Positions 25,651 through 40,890 of a DNA stretch of 64,000 nucleotides are shown here, piece after piece. This stretch comes from Eledone cirrhosa (Eukaryota). The position numbers and the translations under genes are program-made. The notes beneath the pieces are model-generated. The model saw only the letters and a list, made by a program, of their open reading frames with translations. It was not told the DNA's origin and searched no databases. The stretch is from positions 142,228,001 through 142,292,000 of the forward strand of contig OZ024742.1 of NCBI GenBank assembly GCA_964016885.1. Direction: 5' to 3'. The stretch's first letter is position 1. The number at the start of each line of letters is the position of its first letter.

Positions 25651-26065
25651 TTATATATATTGAGTTAAGAACTCAGAGTAGTCTCTAGCAAATTTGGTCC
25701 TTACGATTCGAGCACATGTATGTTTATATTAGTGTTCATCTCTCTTGTGAATTACATTATATGTATTTAGGAACAATTCGTTCGAAAACCTATTTAAAAG
25801 CTAATAAAATACAAATTATGAATATAAATGTATATAATAAAAGCCATGTAATACCGTAATACCTACACAGTAAATCGAAGAATATATAGACAGAAAGAAA
25901 AATTTGCTTTCAATTTTGGTTTACAGCTGTTTTGTCTTCCTTCATACGTGTCATTAATAGAAGTATGTGAAATTACGAATTTAATAATCGCCAAAATTAA
26001 TGAGGGACATAAAATAAATGCTTACAGAACAAGCTACACGTTATATATATATATATATATATATA

Positions 26066-26240
26066 TAACGAAGGAAGTGTGGTAAGGAACAAGGTGGACC
26101 ATAACGCACCAGAGTACTCGATACTTTGGGTAGTAGAGTGGGTAATAGGAAAAGAGTTAAAACCCTGACGGCCGAACTTAAGCCGTTTCGACAGCTGTCA
26201 AAACGGCTTGAGTTTGGCCGTCAGGGGTTCTAACTCTTTT

Positions 26241-26242
<2 letters not shown>
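26066..26242 (-). mobile_element. Family A fold-back insertion, copy 3 (diverged)
   Basis: Same tail and arm termini as 327-536. Confidence 0.65.
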
Positions 26243-26275
<33 letters not shown>

Positions 26276-26280
<5 letters not shown>

Positions 26281-26373
26281 TTCCCAAAATATGCATACAC
26301 ACTTCAACAGCATTCTAATAAACATTGCCTGTACAGGTAATCAAAGTGTGTATACATTTGGGAGGACACTGTA
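26276..26373. mobile_element. Small Tc1/mariner-like MITE
   Basis: Imperfect TIRs agggtttcccaaaatatgcatacacactt / aagtgtgtatacatttgggaggacactg, flanked by TA. Confidence 0.45.
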
Positions 26374-26567
26374 TATATATATATATATGTATGAAAATCT
26401 TCTTTAACGAAGTTCTTTACCATAGAGTCCAATGTGTATATGCGTGTGTGCGTGTATAAATATATATATATATACATATATCTATATATAATTGATGTTG
26501 GGTGCTTAAAGCGTCCGCATGCGGTAGGCCGTATGAGCACTCAATGCCCTCGTAGAGCAGAGTATGA

Positions 26568-26899
26568 TATCACAGAAAAAAGAGAATCAGTGTTACGACG
26601 AAAGGAAGTTATTGGACATATTACAATTGTTTCTCGGGCGACAAGCTTGAGGCACGATCGATGTGGTGATCATATCATACCTGACTCTGAAATCACTCGG
26701 TCGTCGGATAATCTCGTTTCTACGAAGGAAAATAGGAAAATATGCTTCGTAGAATCGAGACGTATCCGACGACCGAGTGATTTGAGAGTCAGGTATGATC
26801 ACCATATCGATCGTGCCTCGATCTGGTCGCCCGAAAAACAATTGTTTATGTCCAATAAATTCCTTTCGTCGCAACACTGATTCTCTTTTTTCTGTGATA
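26568..26899. mobile_element. Fold-back MITE (~330 bp imperfect palindrome)
   Basis: TATCACAGAAAAAAGAGAATCAGTGTT ... AACACTGATTCTCTTTTTTCTGTGATA, with pairing extending to a ~15-nt loop. Confidence 0.7.
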
Positions 26900-26907
26900 T
26901 ATATAAT

Positions 26908-26939
<32 letters not shown>

Positions 26940-27324
26940 GAGAGAGAGAGAGAGACTGACTGAATACACACGTGCTTTTTCTGAAAAAAAAATGTTTCCC
27001 GTTATTTCTTCTTCTCACTCTATCTTTCTATTTCATCTTTTATTTCTCATTCTGATGAAGGATTAGTGTCGGAAACATAGAGACTTTTCCTACGCTATCA
27101 AGCATTAAACTAATATATTTCTTCATTGTACTGTGTTGTTTCCGTTTTCTTTTTACATACATACATACAGGATAGCCCATGTGGCTTTACCGTTTAACCA
27201 TTTACCAATAACCATTTTTTACCGATAAAATCTAAAATATCAATTTACAATAAATTATTCGTAAAAATATTATTAAATTTTTAAATAGTAAAACTATCTA
27301 TGGCCAACCAGGTATATTACACAT

Positions 27325-27363
<39 letters not shown>

Positions 27364-27794
27364 TACATACATACATACATACATACATACATACATACAT
27401 ACATACATACATACATACATACATACATACATACATACATACATGTTCAGAAAACTGTTTCTCTTCATAGACACATGTATGCATATAATATCTCTACCTA
27501 TGCATCTAATAGTCCGATAACATTTACAGAATATATAATTTATCACAGATTTTTTCTTCTTTATATTCCGTATTTTTTACAATATCCATTTGGTATTTTC
27601 ATCCTCTTTAAATATCGTATTTATCATATAATTCTTTTTTTATTTTGTCGGTAATTTTATTTTAATTTTAATTTTTCCTTACTTATCTCTGTTGGAAAAT
27701 TATCTATTTTGATAAAACTCTTTTGTAAAATATGTTCAGATGGAAGCTATACAATCGCAACTTTACATGCACATCTTTCGACAAAATCATATAT

Positions 27795-27839
<45 letters not shown>

Positions 27840-27840
27840 A

Positions 27841-27880
<40 letters not shown>

Positions 27881-28172
27881 AGCACTACTACCTGTCATTA
27901 ATCAGAGCACGCCAGCTTTTACTCTGTATGCAAATGAGCTTCGTTAGCCGATGTTCATAGGCATAAAAGCTTAGTTTATAGCTTATTTTGTCTTTGAGAA
28001 GTTAATGGACCAGAAACGGTACGTTCAGGGTGCTCCCACTTGGTTGACAAGAATAGCGTTGGCATAATCACAGCTTTTAAAATTCATAGTAAGGCTTCAA
28101 AAATGTTTGTGCATGAACATTTCGTATATGATTCAACCTCGCTGTCGTGTATTACTACCTCTCATATATATA

Positions 28173-28223
<51 letters not shown>

Positions 28224-28234
28224 GTGCGCACGCC

Positions 28235-28353
28235 CGCACACGCCATTCATCAACCAAGACACAGTTCGTCAACCGAGGTGGTTTATGTTCGGAAAATTGT
28301 TCGCGAAACGATTTGTTCGTGATGCGAGGCATTGGTTAACCGAGGATCCACTA
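28235..28353. mobile_element. pogo/Tigger-like transposon end
   Basis: ttcgtcaaccgagg..ggttaaccgaggatccacta|TA resembles the CAGTGGAACCTCGGTT TIR with subterminal repeats. Confidence 0.5.
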
Positions 28354-28926
28354 TATACATATATATATATATATATATAATTGGGATGTAGCTTCGAGCA
28401 GAGCTGTATACAGATATATATTGGAATTTTGAAGGGGAGGGGGCGACAGCCTCTGGTGTTTTTGCATAGCTACGGCTTTCTAAATGTTTATACATAAACA
28501 TACTGTATTTCTTTAGAAATACGAAATTCTAATACATATCTGTATACAGCAATGATGCCCGAAGCTAAATCCTAATTCTATTCTATTATAAGTTGAGCCA
28601 AATTATACAGCTTCATATACAAATGGTATTAATTACCTCATTTATACAGAAGAGAACACTATATACTCTCGACTGTTTTCAAGTCTAGCAGTCGCAAGAG
28701 GGGGAGGGATCGTCCTGATGAGGACTAGTTAAATTCGAAATGATGTTGTTTTCGAAATGATGTTGTTTTCGAAATGCGCATAATAAAATATATGGAACTT
28801 TTTTAACCATCTTTTAATTTCTTCTTTATATATACTCCAGTTCTACCAACTGTTGAGTGCTACTTAACTGTTATATGCATAGTTTTATTGTTCTACAATA
28901 TTACTCACCTCCTACAATATGTATAT

Positions 28927-29041
<115 letters not shown>

Positions 29042-29114
29042 CACATGTGATATGTGTATATATATATATATATGCGTATGTGTATATATATATGTGTATA
29101 TATACATATATATT

Positions 29115-29207
29115 TTTTAGCTCATGGAGTGCTTGCCAGCATGATTCGGAATTTGCGTTACGTTTCGCTTTTTCTATCCGCCGAAATACGATTCTCGCTG
29201 AATTTAT
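29115..29207 (+). mobile_element. Terminus of an unclassified (TA)n-inserting family D
   Basis: Same end (ccgaaatRcgattctcgctRaattTA) as 39925-40146 (+) and 40246-40460 (-). Confidence 0.55.
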
Positions 29208-29910
29208 ACTTATATGTATATATATATATTTATACTTATATGCATATACTTATGTATATATATATAGTAATAAGAATATTTATATTTATATATGTTTGAT
29301 ATAACTATAAATATATAGGTTAGTACTAAGCACTAGCCGGTTACAGGTATGACAAAAGGCGCAATGTAAATTTTAAAGTGTTTTACAGATCCCCATGGTT
29401 AATAGCTGTGAGTAACAAACAACATACATACATACGAATTACAACACAAAAACACTTAAATGAAAATCACATACCCAACTCTATCATGTACTTTGCATTA
29501 CACCTTACATAACAAATACCTACATTATCACCACATGCCTCTCTAACAAATTGCACACTATCTTAAACAGTTATAACAATTATAACATGCTTTAACACCC
29601 CACACAAAATATGTTTATTTCAACTGCATTATAACTCTTTCCTCATACATGCCTTACTGACTGTATTGACTCCTGCATTGTACACCAATTTTCCTTGCTT
29701 ATAACTTTTTTGCCTGTGGTTTTTTGGCTTGTGCTTTTTACTTATACCTATTACACTTTCAACCAGTGCTGTCTGTAATTGTGTTCTTTAAACCAGAACA
29801 TCTTTTTAACTCCTGACTCTCCACATGATGCCTTTGACACTAATAACAATTATGTACCCTAAATGTTCTAAATGACTAGGATTTTATGTTACATGTTTCG
29901 ACATTCCTTA

Positions 29911-29957
29911 TGCTCCGATGATTCCAGACTTCCCTCTGGAAGAAACAATTGTCAGCA
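29911..29957 (+). ncRNA. Hammerhead motif with a core mutation (CCGATGA)
   Basis: tgct-CcGATGA-ttccaga-cttccc-tctggaa-GAAA-c-aatt-g-TC-agca. Confidence 0.6.
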
Positions 29958-29993
29958 AATAAATGTTCTAAAGTAAAATTTGATCGTTTTAAC

Positions 29994-30074
<81 letters not shown>

Positions 30075-30097
30075 GTATAAATATATATATATATTTG

Positions 30098-30166
<69 letters not shown>

Positions 30167-30241
30167 CAATTTCTATTTCATTTATCTATATATTTTTTTG
30201 ATTTTCTTGATGTGTTTTTCTAAGGATTTGCCCATGTTTTA

Positions 30242-30321
30242 TATTGCCTCGTCTGACGAACGAATGAAGTCGTTTATTTCGTATTCGCCTCATTCGGGAA
30301 ACCTCTGGTAATGAGGTAATA
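30242..30321 (+). ncRNA. Type I hammerhead ribozyme
   Basis: tattgcctcgt-CTGACGA-a-cgaatga...tcattcg-g-GAAA-c-ctctg-g-TA-atgaggtaata. Stem I is 11 bp. Confidence 0.75.
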
Positions 30322-30341
30322 ATATTGTATTGATTTTATAC

Positions 30342-30396
<55 letters not shown>

Positions 30397-30483
30397 ATGT
30401 AAAAGGTAAACAAAAATAACAACACAATCGTTACAGTATATGGAAGGTATATATTATGTTGACGCTTGATATAGCAGGAAGAA

Positions 30484-30521
30484 GGTCCTAATGTTTCGGA
30501 CCCTAGTCCTTCATCAGAAGA
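30484..30521 (-). ncRNA. Degenerate minimal hammerhead (relative at ~27045-27085, +)
   Basis: tctt-CTGATGA-aggac-tagg-gtcc-GAAA-catt-agga. Stem III is broken, possibly by CpG decay of aacgtt. Confidence 0.4.
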
Positions 30522-30659
30522 AACAATGAGAAATAAGATAGACTGAGGGGACAGGCGGGATGGAATTGGAAAAAATATCTTTAGATAAAAATAACAGGTC
30601 CATTCATGTTGACATCTCTTGTAAATATATATATACACATATATGTATATACAGATATT

Positions 30660-30709
<50 letters not shown>

Positions 30710-30711
<2 letters not shown>

Positions 30712-30893
30712 CATAACGAAGGAAATGTGGTAAGGAACCAGATGGACCATAACGCACCAGAGTACTCAATACTTAGGGTAGTAGAGTGGGTAATAGGAAA
30801 AAGTATGACCCCGACGGCAGAGCTCAAGCCGTTTCAGCGTCCAGAAATAGCCGTCGAAACGGCTTGAGCTCTGCCGTCGAGGTCATAGTTTTT

Positions 30894-30895
<2 letters not shown>
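30710..30895 (-). mobile_element. Family A fold-back insertion, copy 4
   Basis: Same arms and tail as 327-536. Confidence 0.7.
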
Positions 30896-30991
<96 letters not shown>

Positions 30992-31415
30992 TATGAAGAA
31001 TAACATGGTCAACAGTACAAAAAAGGGGGATTTATTTACAGTCTAGCAATTGTTTCTCTGAATGAGTTGTCTAAAAATTGCTGATGACATGATTTAACTA
31101 GCATCGTATTTAAAATTGAATGGCACTGCTTCTAGTGTTCACCAATTTTTAGACAACTCAATCAGAGAAACAATTGTTAGACTGTAAATAAATTCCCCAT
31201 TTTTTGTACTGTTGGCCATGTTATTCTTCACATTTTTTCAATTTTATTACTCCAAGATAAACTTACATAGGAATACAAGTTAAATCATAAACTCGCCATC
31301 TACGTGAACCTCTTGTTGAGTCAAACAAAGCGGTACGCTAAAACTATCCATAATATGATTAACTGGATTATCTATAACGATATTTTGTTATCCCTTATAT
31401 ACATATATGTATATG

Positions 31416-31455
<40 letters not shown>

Positions 31456-31601
31456 TTTTGAGTTTATGTTGGTTGTATACCAACACCTAAGTATGCAGGT
31501 TGGAGTACTCGACGAAGTGCGCAGGTTGGTTTGGTTACTCCGGAGTAGTGTAAAATAAAGTTAAATAAAAGTCAAATGATTAAAATTTACCTTCGTTTAT
31601 T

Positions 31602-31656
31602 ACTGCTATATATATTTCAGTGACAGCCATCTTTGGCTGTGACCTCTTCAGGCAGT
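31602..31656 (-). ncRNA. Minimal type I hammerhead ribozyme (unit 1)
   Basis: actgc-CTGAAGA-ggtcacagcca-aaga-tggctgtcact-GAAA-t-atat-a-TA-gcagt. Confidence 0.75.
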
Positions 31657-33294
31657 TTGAATTAGTATGGTATAGACAAGTACATATGTTGTTTAGGTGT
31701 ATAATATTGTCAATACTCTGATATGCCCAGTTCCTTGTTGGGTTGTTATTTCACTGAGGAACTGGAGTCATATGAAAAATGAAGAATAAAAATAAATACG
31801 TAAAAGGAGTAAAAAGAGTAAAAGTGTGCGAAGAATATTTAAACATATTAAAATTATTGAGAATGGTTTTTGAGAATTGTTGAAATATATGGAGAGATAA
31901 TGAGGTGAAAATGTGATAATGTTAAATATATTTATGTGTGTATTCGTTATTTTAATAAATTAATTAATTAATTAGTTTTAAGTTATATTATATGATAAAA
32001 TAAAATGACAGAGATTTTTATTTACTTTATTCTTAACTCTGAAGCCGAGAATCATTCGGTTTCCTACTTAGAATTTTAGTCTACGACTTCAGTTATGCCA
32101 TTTACGTGGTTTTGTCTTTGCGTGCAATTGTTCTCCACGCTCCACATATGACGTATTATCTTCGTTTTTTTCCGTTCAATTCCAGAGAATGTCTCTATGA
32201 ACCACCTAATAGAATATTAGTCTACGACTTCTTTTATACCATAAACGTGGTTTTGTCTTTCCGTGTAATTGTTTTTCACCGCTCCAAATAATGACGTATT
32301 ATATTCGTTTTTTCCCGTTTTTGCCAGGGAACGTTTCCACGAACCAAAGTATCGTCTTCCTGTCTTCCTCCGGTGCAACGTTTTTTGAAATATTCATTTC
32401 TGCGTTCACAGATTGACTTTGTTAGTTTCAGAAGATCCCGTTAAGGGTGAAAGCAGCGATTCTTTGCTTAAACTTTAATCTGTTATTTTAATAAATATTA
32501 TATATATATATATTCACCTCTTTGGATTTTAGTCTTCAAATTTATTATTATTACTATATATATATATATATTTATATATAGATATTATATATATATATTA
32601 TATATATATATATATATATTATATATATTATATATATATATTATATATATATTATATATATATTATATATATATATATTATATATATTATATATATATAT
32701 TATATATATATATTATATATATATATATTATATATATATATTATATATATTATATATATATATTATATATATATATATTATATATATATATTATATATAT
32801 TAATTTATTAAAATAACAGATTAAAGTTAAGCAAAGAATCGCTGCTTTCACCCTTAACGGGATCTTCTGAAACGAAAAAAGTCAATCTGTGAACGCAGAA
32901 GTAAATATTTCAAAAAATATTGCAACCGAAGGAAGACAGGAAGACGATACTTTGGTTCGTGGAAACGTTCCCTGGCAAAGAACGGAAAAAACGAAGATAG
33001 TACGTCATTATTTGGTGCGGTGAAAACAATTACACGCAAAGACAAAACCACGTTTATGGTATGAATAAAGTCGTAGACTAATATTCTATTAGGTGGTTCA
33101 TGGAGACGTTCTCTGGCAATGAACGGAAATATCGAAGAGTATACGCCATTATGTGGAGCAATGAGAACAATTATTTATCCTTATCTAGCCCTCTTTGGAT
33201 TTTAGTCTTCAAATTTATTATTATTACTATTATATATATTATATATATATTATATAGATATTATATATATATTATATATATTATATATATATTA

Positions 33295-33810
<516 letters not shown>

Positions 33811-34234
33811 TATGAAGAATAACATGGTCAACAGTACAAAAAAGGGGGATTTATTTACAGTCTAGCAATTGTTTCTCTGAATGAGTTGTCTAAAAATTGC
33901 TGATGACATGATTTAACTAGCATCGTATTTAAAATTGAATGGCACTGCTTCTAGTGTTCACCAATTTTTAGACAACTCAATCAGAGAAACAATTGTTAGA
34001 CTGTAAATAAATTCCCCATTTTTTGTACTGTTGGCCATGTTATTCTTCACATTTTTTCAATTTTATTACTCCAAGATAAACTTACATAGGAATACAAGTT
34101 AAATCATAAACTCGCCATCTACGTGAACCTCTTGTTGAGTCAAACAAAGCGGTACGCTAAAACTATCCATAATATGATTAACTGGATTATCTATAACGAT
34201 ATTTTGTTATCCCTTATATACATATATGTATATG

Positions 34235-34273
<39 letters not shown>

Positions 34274-34418
34274 TTTGAGTTTATGTTGGTTGTATACCAA
34301 CACCTAAGTATGCAGGTTGGAGTACTCGACGAAGTGCGCAGGTTGGTTTGGTTACTCCGGAGTAGTGTAAAATAAAGTTAAATAAAAGTCAAATGATTAA
34401 AATTTACCTTCGTTTATT

Positions 34419-34473
34419 ACTGCTATATATATTTCAGTGACAGCCATCTTTGGCTGTGACCTCTTCAGGCAGT
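34419..34473 (-). ncRNA. Minimal type I hammerhead ribozyme (unit 2)
   Basis: Identical to 31602-31656. Confidence 0.75.
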
Positions 34474-36111
34474 TTGAATTAGTATGGTATAGACAAGTAC
34501 ATATGTTGTTTAGGTGTATAATATTGTCAATACTCTGATATGCCCAGTTCCTTGTTGGGTTGTTATTTCACTGAGGAACTGGAGTCATATGAAAAATGAA
34601 GAATAAAAATAAATACGTAAAAGGAGTAAAAAGAGTAAAAGTGTGCGAAGAATATTTAAACATATTAAAATTATTGAGAATGGTTTTTGAGAATTGTTGA
34701 AATATATGGAGAGATAATGAGGTGAAAATGTGATAATGTTAAATATATTTATGTGTGTATTCGTTATTTTAATAAATTAATTAATTAATTAGTTTTAAGT
34801 TATATTATATGATAAAATAAAATGACAGAGATTTTTATTTACTTTATTCTTAACTCTGAAGCCGAGAATCATTCGGTTTCCTACTTAGAATTTTAGTCTA
34901 CGACTTCAGTTATGCCATTTACGTGGTTTTGTCTTTGCGTGCAATTGTTCTCCACGCTCCACATATGACGTATTATCTTCGTTTTTTTCCGTTCAATTCC
35001 AGAGAATGTCTCTATGAACCACCTAATAGAATATTAGTCTACGACTTCTTTTATACCATAAACGTGGTTTTGTCTTTCCGTGTAATTGTTTTTCACCGCT
35101 CCAAATAATGACGTATTATATTCGTTTTTTCCCGTTTTTGCCAGGGAACGTTTCCACGAACCAAAGTATCGTCTTCCTGTCTTCCTCCGGTGCAACGTTT
35201 TTTGAAATATTCATTTCTGCGTTCACAGATTGACTTTGTTAGTTTCAGAAGATCCCGTTAAGGGTGAAAGCAGCGATTCTTTGCTTAAACTTTAATCTGT
35301 TATTTTAATAAATATTATATATATATATATTCACCTCTTTGGATTTTAGTCTTCAAATTTATTATTATTACTATATATATATATATATTTATATATAGAT
35401 ATTATATATATATATTATATATATATATATATATATTATATATATTATATATATATATTATATATATATTATATATATATTATATATATATATATTATAT
35501 ATATTATATATATATATTATATATATATATTATATATATATATATTATATATATATATTATATATATTATATATATATATTATATATATATATATTATAT
35601 ATATATATTATATATATTAATTTATTAAAATAACAGATTAAAGTTAAGCAAAGAATCGCTGCTTTCACCCTTAACGGGATCTTCTGAAACGAAAAAAGTC
35701 AATCTGTGAACGCAGAAGTAAATATTTCAAAAAATATTGCAACCGAAGGAAGACAGGAAGACGATACTTTGGTTCGTGGAAACGTTCCCTGGCAAAGAAC
35801 GGAAAAAACGAAGATAGTACGTCATTATTTGGTGCGGTGAAAACAATTACACGCAAAGACAAAACCACGTTTATGGTATGAATAAAGTCGTAGACTAATA
35901 TTCTATTAGGTGGTTCATGGAGACGTTCTCTGGCAATGAACGGAAATATCGAAGAGTATACGCCATTATGTGGAGCAATGAGAACAATTATTTATCCTTA
36001 TCTAGCCCTCTTTGGATTTTAGTCTTCAAATTTATTATTATTACTATTATATATATTATATATATATTATATAGATATTATATATATATTATATATATTA
36101 TATATATATTA

Positions 36112-36199
<88 letters not shown>

Positions 36200-36502
36200 A
36201 AATGTGTGTAATCCTTGGTACAGTTAGGTATATTAAGACAGGGGGAAGAAAAAATGGCTTCACTTGTGCTTTCAACAAATTTATTTTCTTCACAAAATCC
36301 CAAAAGAATTTTTCTTAAAAAAAATTATTTTATAAATTACTTAATTTATAAAATAAACAACTTAATTTATAAAATAATTTTTTTTAAGAAAAATTCTTTG
36401 GGGATTTTGTGAAGAAAATAAATTTGTTGAAAGCACAAGTGAAGCCATTTTTTCTTCCCCCTGTCTTAATATACCTAACTGTACCAAGGATTACACACAT
36501 TT

Positions 36503-36615
<113 letters not shown>

Positions 36616-37026
36616 TATGAAGAATAACATGGTCAACAGTACAAAAAAGGGGGATTTATTTACAGTCTAGCAATTGTTTCTCTGAATGAGTTGTCTAAAA
36701 ATTGCTGATGACATGATTTAACTAGCATCGTATTTAAAATTGAATGGCACTGCTTCTAGTGTTCACCAATTTTTAGACAACTCAATCAGAGAAACAATTG
36801 TTAGACTGTAAATAAATTCCCCATTTTTTGTACTGTTGGCCATGTTATTCTTCACATTTTTTCAATTTTATTACTCCAAGATAAACTTACATAGGAATAC
36901 AAGTTAAATCATAAACTCGCCATCTACGTGAACCTCTTGTTGAGTCAAACAAAGCGGTACGCTAAAACTATCCATAATATGATTAACTGGATTATCTATA
37001 ACGATATTTTGTTATCCCTTATATAC

Positions 37027-37079
<53 letters not shown>

Positions 37080-37225
37080 TTTTGAGTTTATGTTGGTTGT
37101 ATACCAACACCTAAGTATGCAGGTTGGAGTACTCGACGAAGTGCGCAGGTTGGTTTGGTTACTCCGGAGTAGTGTAAAATAAAGTTAAATAAAAGTCAAA
37201 TGATTAAAATTTACCTTCGTTTATT

Positions 37226-37280
37226 ACTGCTATATATATTTCAGTGACAGCCATCTTTGGCTGTGACCTCTTCAGGCAGT
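37226..37280 (-). ncRNA. Minimal type I hammerhead ribozyme (unit 3)
   Basis: Identical to 31602-31656. Confidence 0.75.
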
Positions 37281-38918
37281 TTGAATTAGTATGGTATAGA
37301 CAAGTACATATGTTGTTTAGGTGTATAATATTGTCAATACTCTGATATGCCCAGTTCCTTGTTGGGTTGTTATTTCACTGAGGAACTGGAGTCATATGAA
37401 AAATGAAGAATAAAAATAAATACGTAAAAGGAGTAAAAAGAGTAAAAGTGTGCGAAGAATATTTAAACATATTAAAATTATTGAGAATGGTTTTTGAGAA
37501 TTGTTGAAATATATGGAGAGATAATGAGGTGAAAATGTGATAATGTTAAATATATTTATGTGTGTATTCGTTATTTTAATAAATTAATTAATTAATTAGT
37601 TTTAAGTTATATTATATGATAAAATAAAATGACAGAGATTTTTATTTACTTTATTCTTAACTCTGAAGCCGAGAATCATTCGGTTTCCTACTTAGAATTT
37701 TAGTCTACGACTTCAGTTATGCCATTTACGTGGTTTTGTCTTTGCGTGCAATTGTTCTCCACGCTCCACATATGACGTATTATCTTCGTTTTTTTCCGTT
37801 CAATTCCAGAGAATGTCTCTATGAACCACCTAATAGAATATTAGTCTACGACTTCTTTTATACCATAAACGTGGTTTTGTCTTTCCGTGTAATTGTTTTT
37901 CACCGCTCCAAATAATGACGTATTATATTCGTTTTTTCCCGTTTTTGCCAGGGAACGTTTCCACGAACCAAAGTATCGTCTTCCTGTCTTCCTCCGGTGC
38001 AACGTTTTTTGAAATATTCATTTCTGCGTTCACAGATTGACTTTGTTAGTTTCAGAAGATCCCGTTAAGGGTGAAAGCAGCGATTCTTTGCTTAAACTTT
38101 AATCTGTTATTTTAATAAATATTATATATATATATATTCACCTCTTTGGATTTTAGTCTTCAAATTTATTATTATTACTATATATATATATATATTTATA
38201 TATAGATATTATATATATATATTATATATATATATATATATATTATATATATTATATATATATATTATATATATATTATATATATATTATATATATATAT
38301 ATTATATATATTATATATATATATTATATATATATATTATATATATATATATTATATATATATATTATATATATTATATATATATATTATATATATATAT
38401 ATTATATATATATATTATATATATTAATTTATTAAAATAACAGATTAAAGTTAAGCAAAGAATCGCTGCTTTCACCCTTAACGGGATCTTCTGAAACGAA
38501 AAAAGTCAATCTGTGAACGCAGAAGTAAATATTTCAAAAAATATTGCAACCGAAGGAAGACAGGAAGACGATACTTTGGTTCGTGGAAACGTTCCCTGGC
38601 AAAGAACGGAAAAAACGAAGATAGTACGTCATTATTTGGTGCGGTGAAAACAATTACACGCAAAGACAAAACCACGTTTATGGTATGAATAAAGTCGTAG
38701 ACTAATATTCTATTAGGTGGTTCATGGAGACGTTCTCTGGCAATGAACGGAAATATCGAAGAGTATACGCCATTATGTGGAGCAATGAGAACAATTATTT
38801 ATCCTTATCTAGCCCTCTTTGGATTTTAGTCTTCAAATTTATTATTATTACTATTATATATATTATATATATATTATATAGATATTATATATATATTATA
38901 TATATTATATATATATTA

Positions 38919-39062
<144 letters not shown>

Positions 39063-39365
39063 AAATGTGTGTAATCCTTGGTACAGTTAGGTATATTAAG
39101 ACAGGGGGAAGAAAAAATGGCTTCACTTGTGCTTTCAACAAATTTATTTTCTTCACAAAATCCCAAAAGAATTTTTCTTAAAAAAAATTATTTTATAAAT
39201 TACTTAATTTATAAAATAAACAACTTAATTTATAAAATAATTTTTTTTAAGAAAAATTCTTTGGGGATTTTGTGAAGAAAATAAATTTGTTGAAAGCACA
39301 AGTGAAGCCATTTTTTCTTCCCCCTGTCTTAATATACCTAACTGTACCAAGGATTACACACGTTT

Positions 39366-39441
<76 letters not shown>

Positions 39442-39481
39442 TATAATATCTATATAATATATATAATATATATATAATATC

Positions 39482-39566
<85 letters not shown>

Positions 39567-39649
39567 ATATATATATAATATATATATAATATATATATAA
39601 TATCTATATAATATATATAATAGTAATAATAATAAATTTGAAGACTGTC

Positions 39650-39694
<45 letters not shown>

Positions 39695-39712
39695 TATATA
39701 TAATATATATAT

Positions 39713-39808
<96 letters not shown>

Positions 39809-39924
39809 TATATATATAATATATATATAATATATATATAATATATGTATAATATATATATAATATCTATATAATATATATAATAGTAATAATAATATAT
39901 TTGAAGACTAAAATCCAAACGGGT

Positions 39925-40141
39925 AACTATTTCAATCATATCTTACTTTGTTTGACCCGTTTAGCTTGTTCGCTTTTTGGGCTCAGGAGGTTAATGGCTT
40001 CTTAACCATCGTCTCAGTTTGTATGACCTTTTTAACTTATGTTTATAGCTCTGGTATCTTCATATCCATAGAGCGCTTGTCAACATAATACGGAAGTTGC
40101 GTTTCGCTAATTTCTGCCCGCCGAAATGCGATTCTCGCTAA

Positions 40142-40225
<84 letters not shown>

Positions 40226-40460
40226 GTATGTATATATATATATATATAAATTCAGCGAGAATCGTATTTCGGCTGGTAGAAAAAGCGAAACGAAATGCAA
40301 AATCGTAGACATGCTGGCAAGCGCTCCAATAGTTAAGAAAACTAGAGCTAAACAATATGTTAAAACGCCATACAAACTGAAAAAGTGGTCAAGAAGGCAT
40401 TAACCACCTAACCCAAAAAACAAATCAAGCTAAACAGGTCAAACAAAATAAATGATAAAA
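39925..40460. mobile_element. Two diverged family D termini in opposite orientation across one (TA)n tract
   Basis: 39925-40146 is an imperfect inverted copy of 40246-40460. Confidence 0.6.
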
Positions 40461-40527
40461 ACAAAATAAATGATAAATTTATATTTACATATATATATAT
40501 ATATATATATATATCTTAATATAGAAA

Positions 40528-40578
40528 AGCTACTACAGGACTAGAACTGTTTCATTCGTGAGAAATCATCAGGAAGCT
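40528..40578 (-). ncRNA. Type I hammerhead ribozyme (slightly degenerate)
   Basis: agcttc-CTGATGA-tttc-tcac-gaat-GAAA-cag-ttctagtc-ctg-TA-gtagct. Confidence 0.6.
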
Positions 40579-40828
40579 GACTGCCCAAGTAAATATGGTG
40601 GTATTTATATATTTTCTTTTCTGGTGGTAGGAGAGGGTGGGGGTTGGGATGGTGGAGGTCATTGGTTGATGGTTTTAAAGAAAATGGTGTTCATTAAAAG
40701 CTAATTCTTTAAATCTATAATATTAACAAAGGCAGAAAGAATACTGTAAACAAGTTCAATTAGATTATCAATCCTTGTTTATCTCTTAAACTGTGTGTAT
40801 GTGTATATATATATTTATATGTGTATGT

Positions 40829-40887
<59 letters not shown>

Positions 40888-40890
<3 letters not shown>

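Noticed and set aside
28712-28790. CTGATGA..GAAA motif with a 17-bp tandem repeat
   Set aside because: Stem I cannot be formed. At most a rearranged HHR relic.
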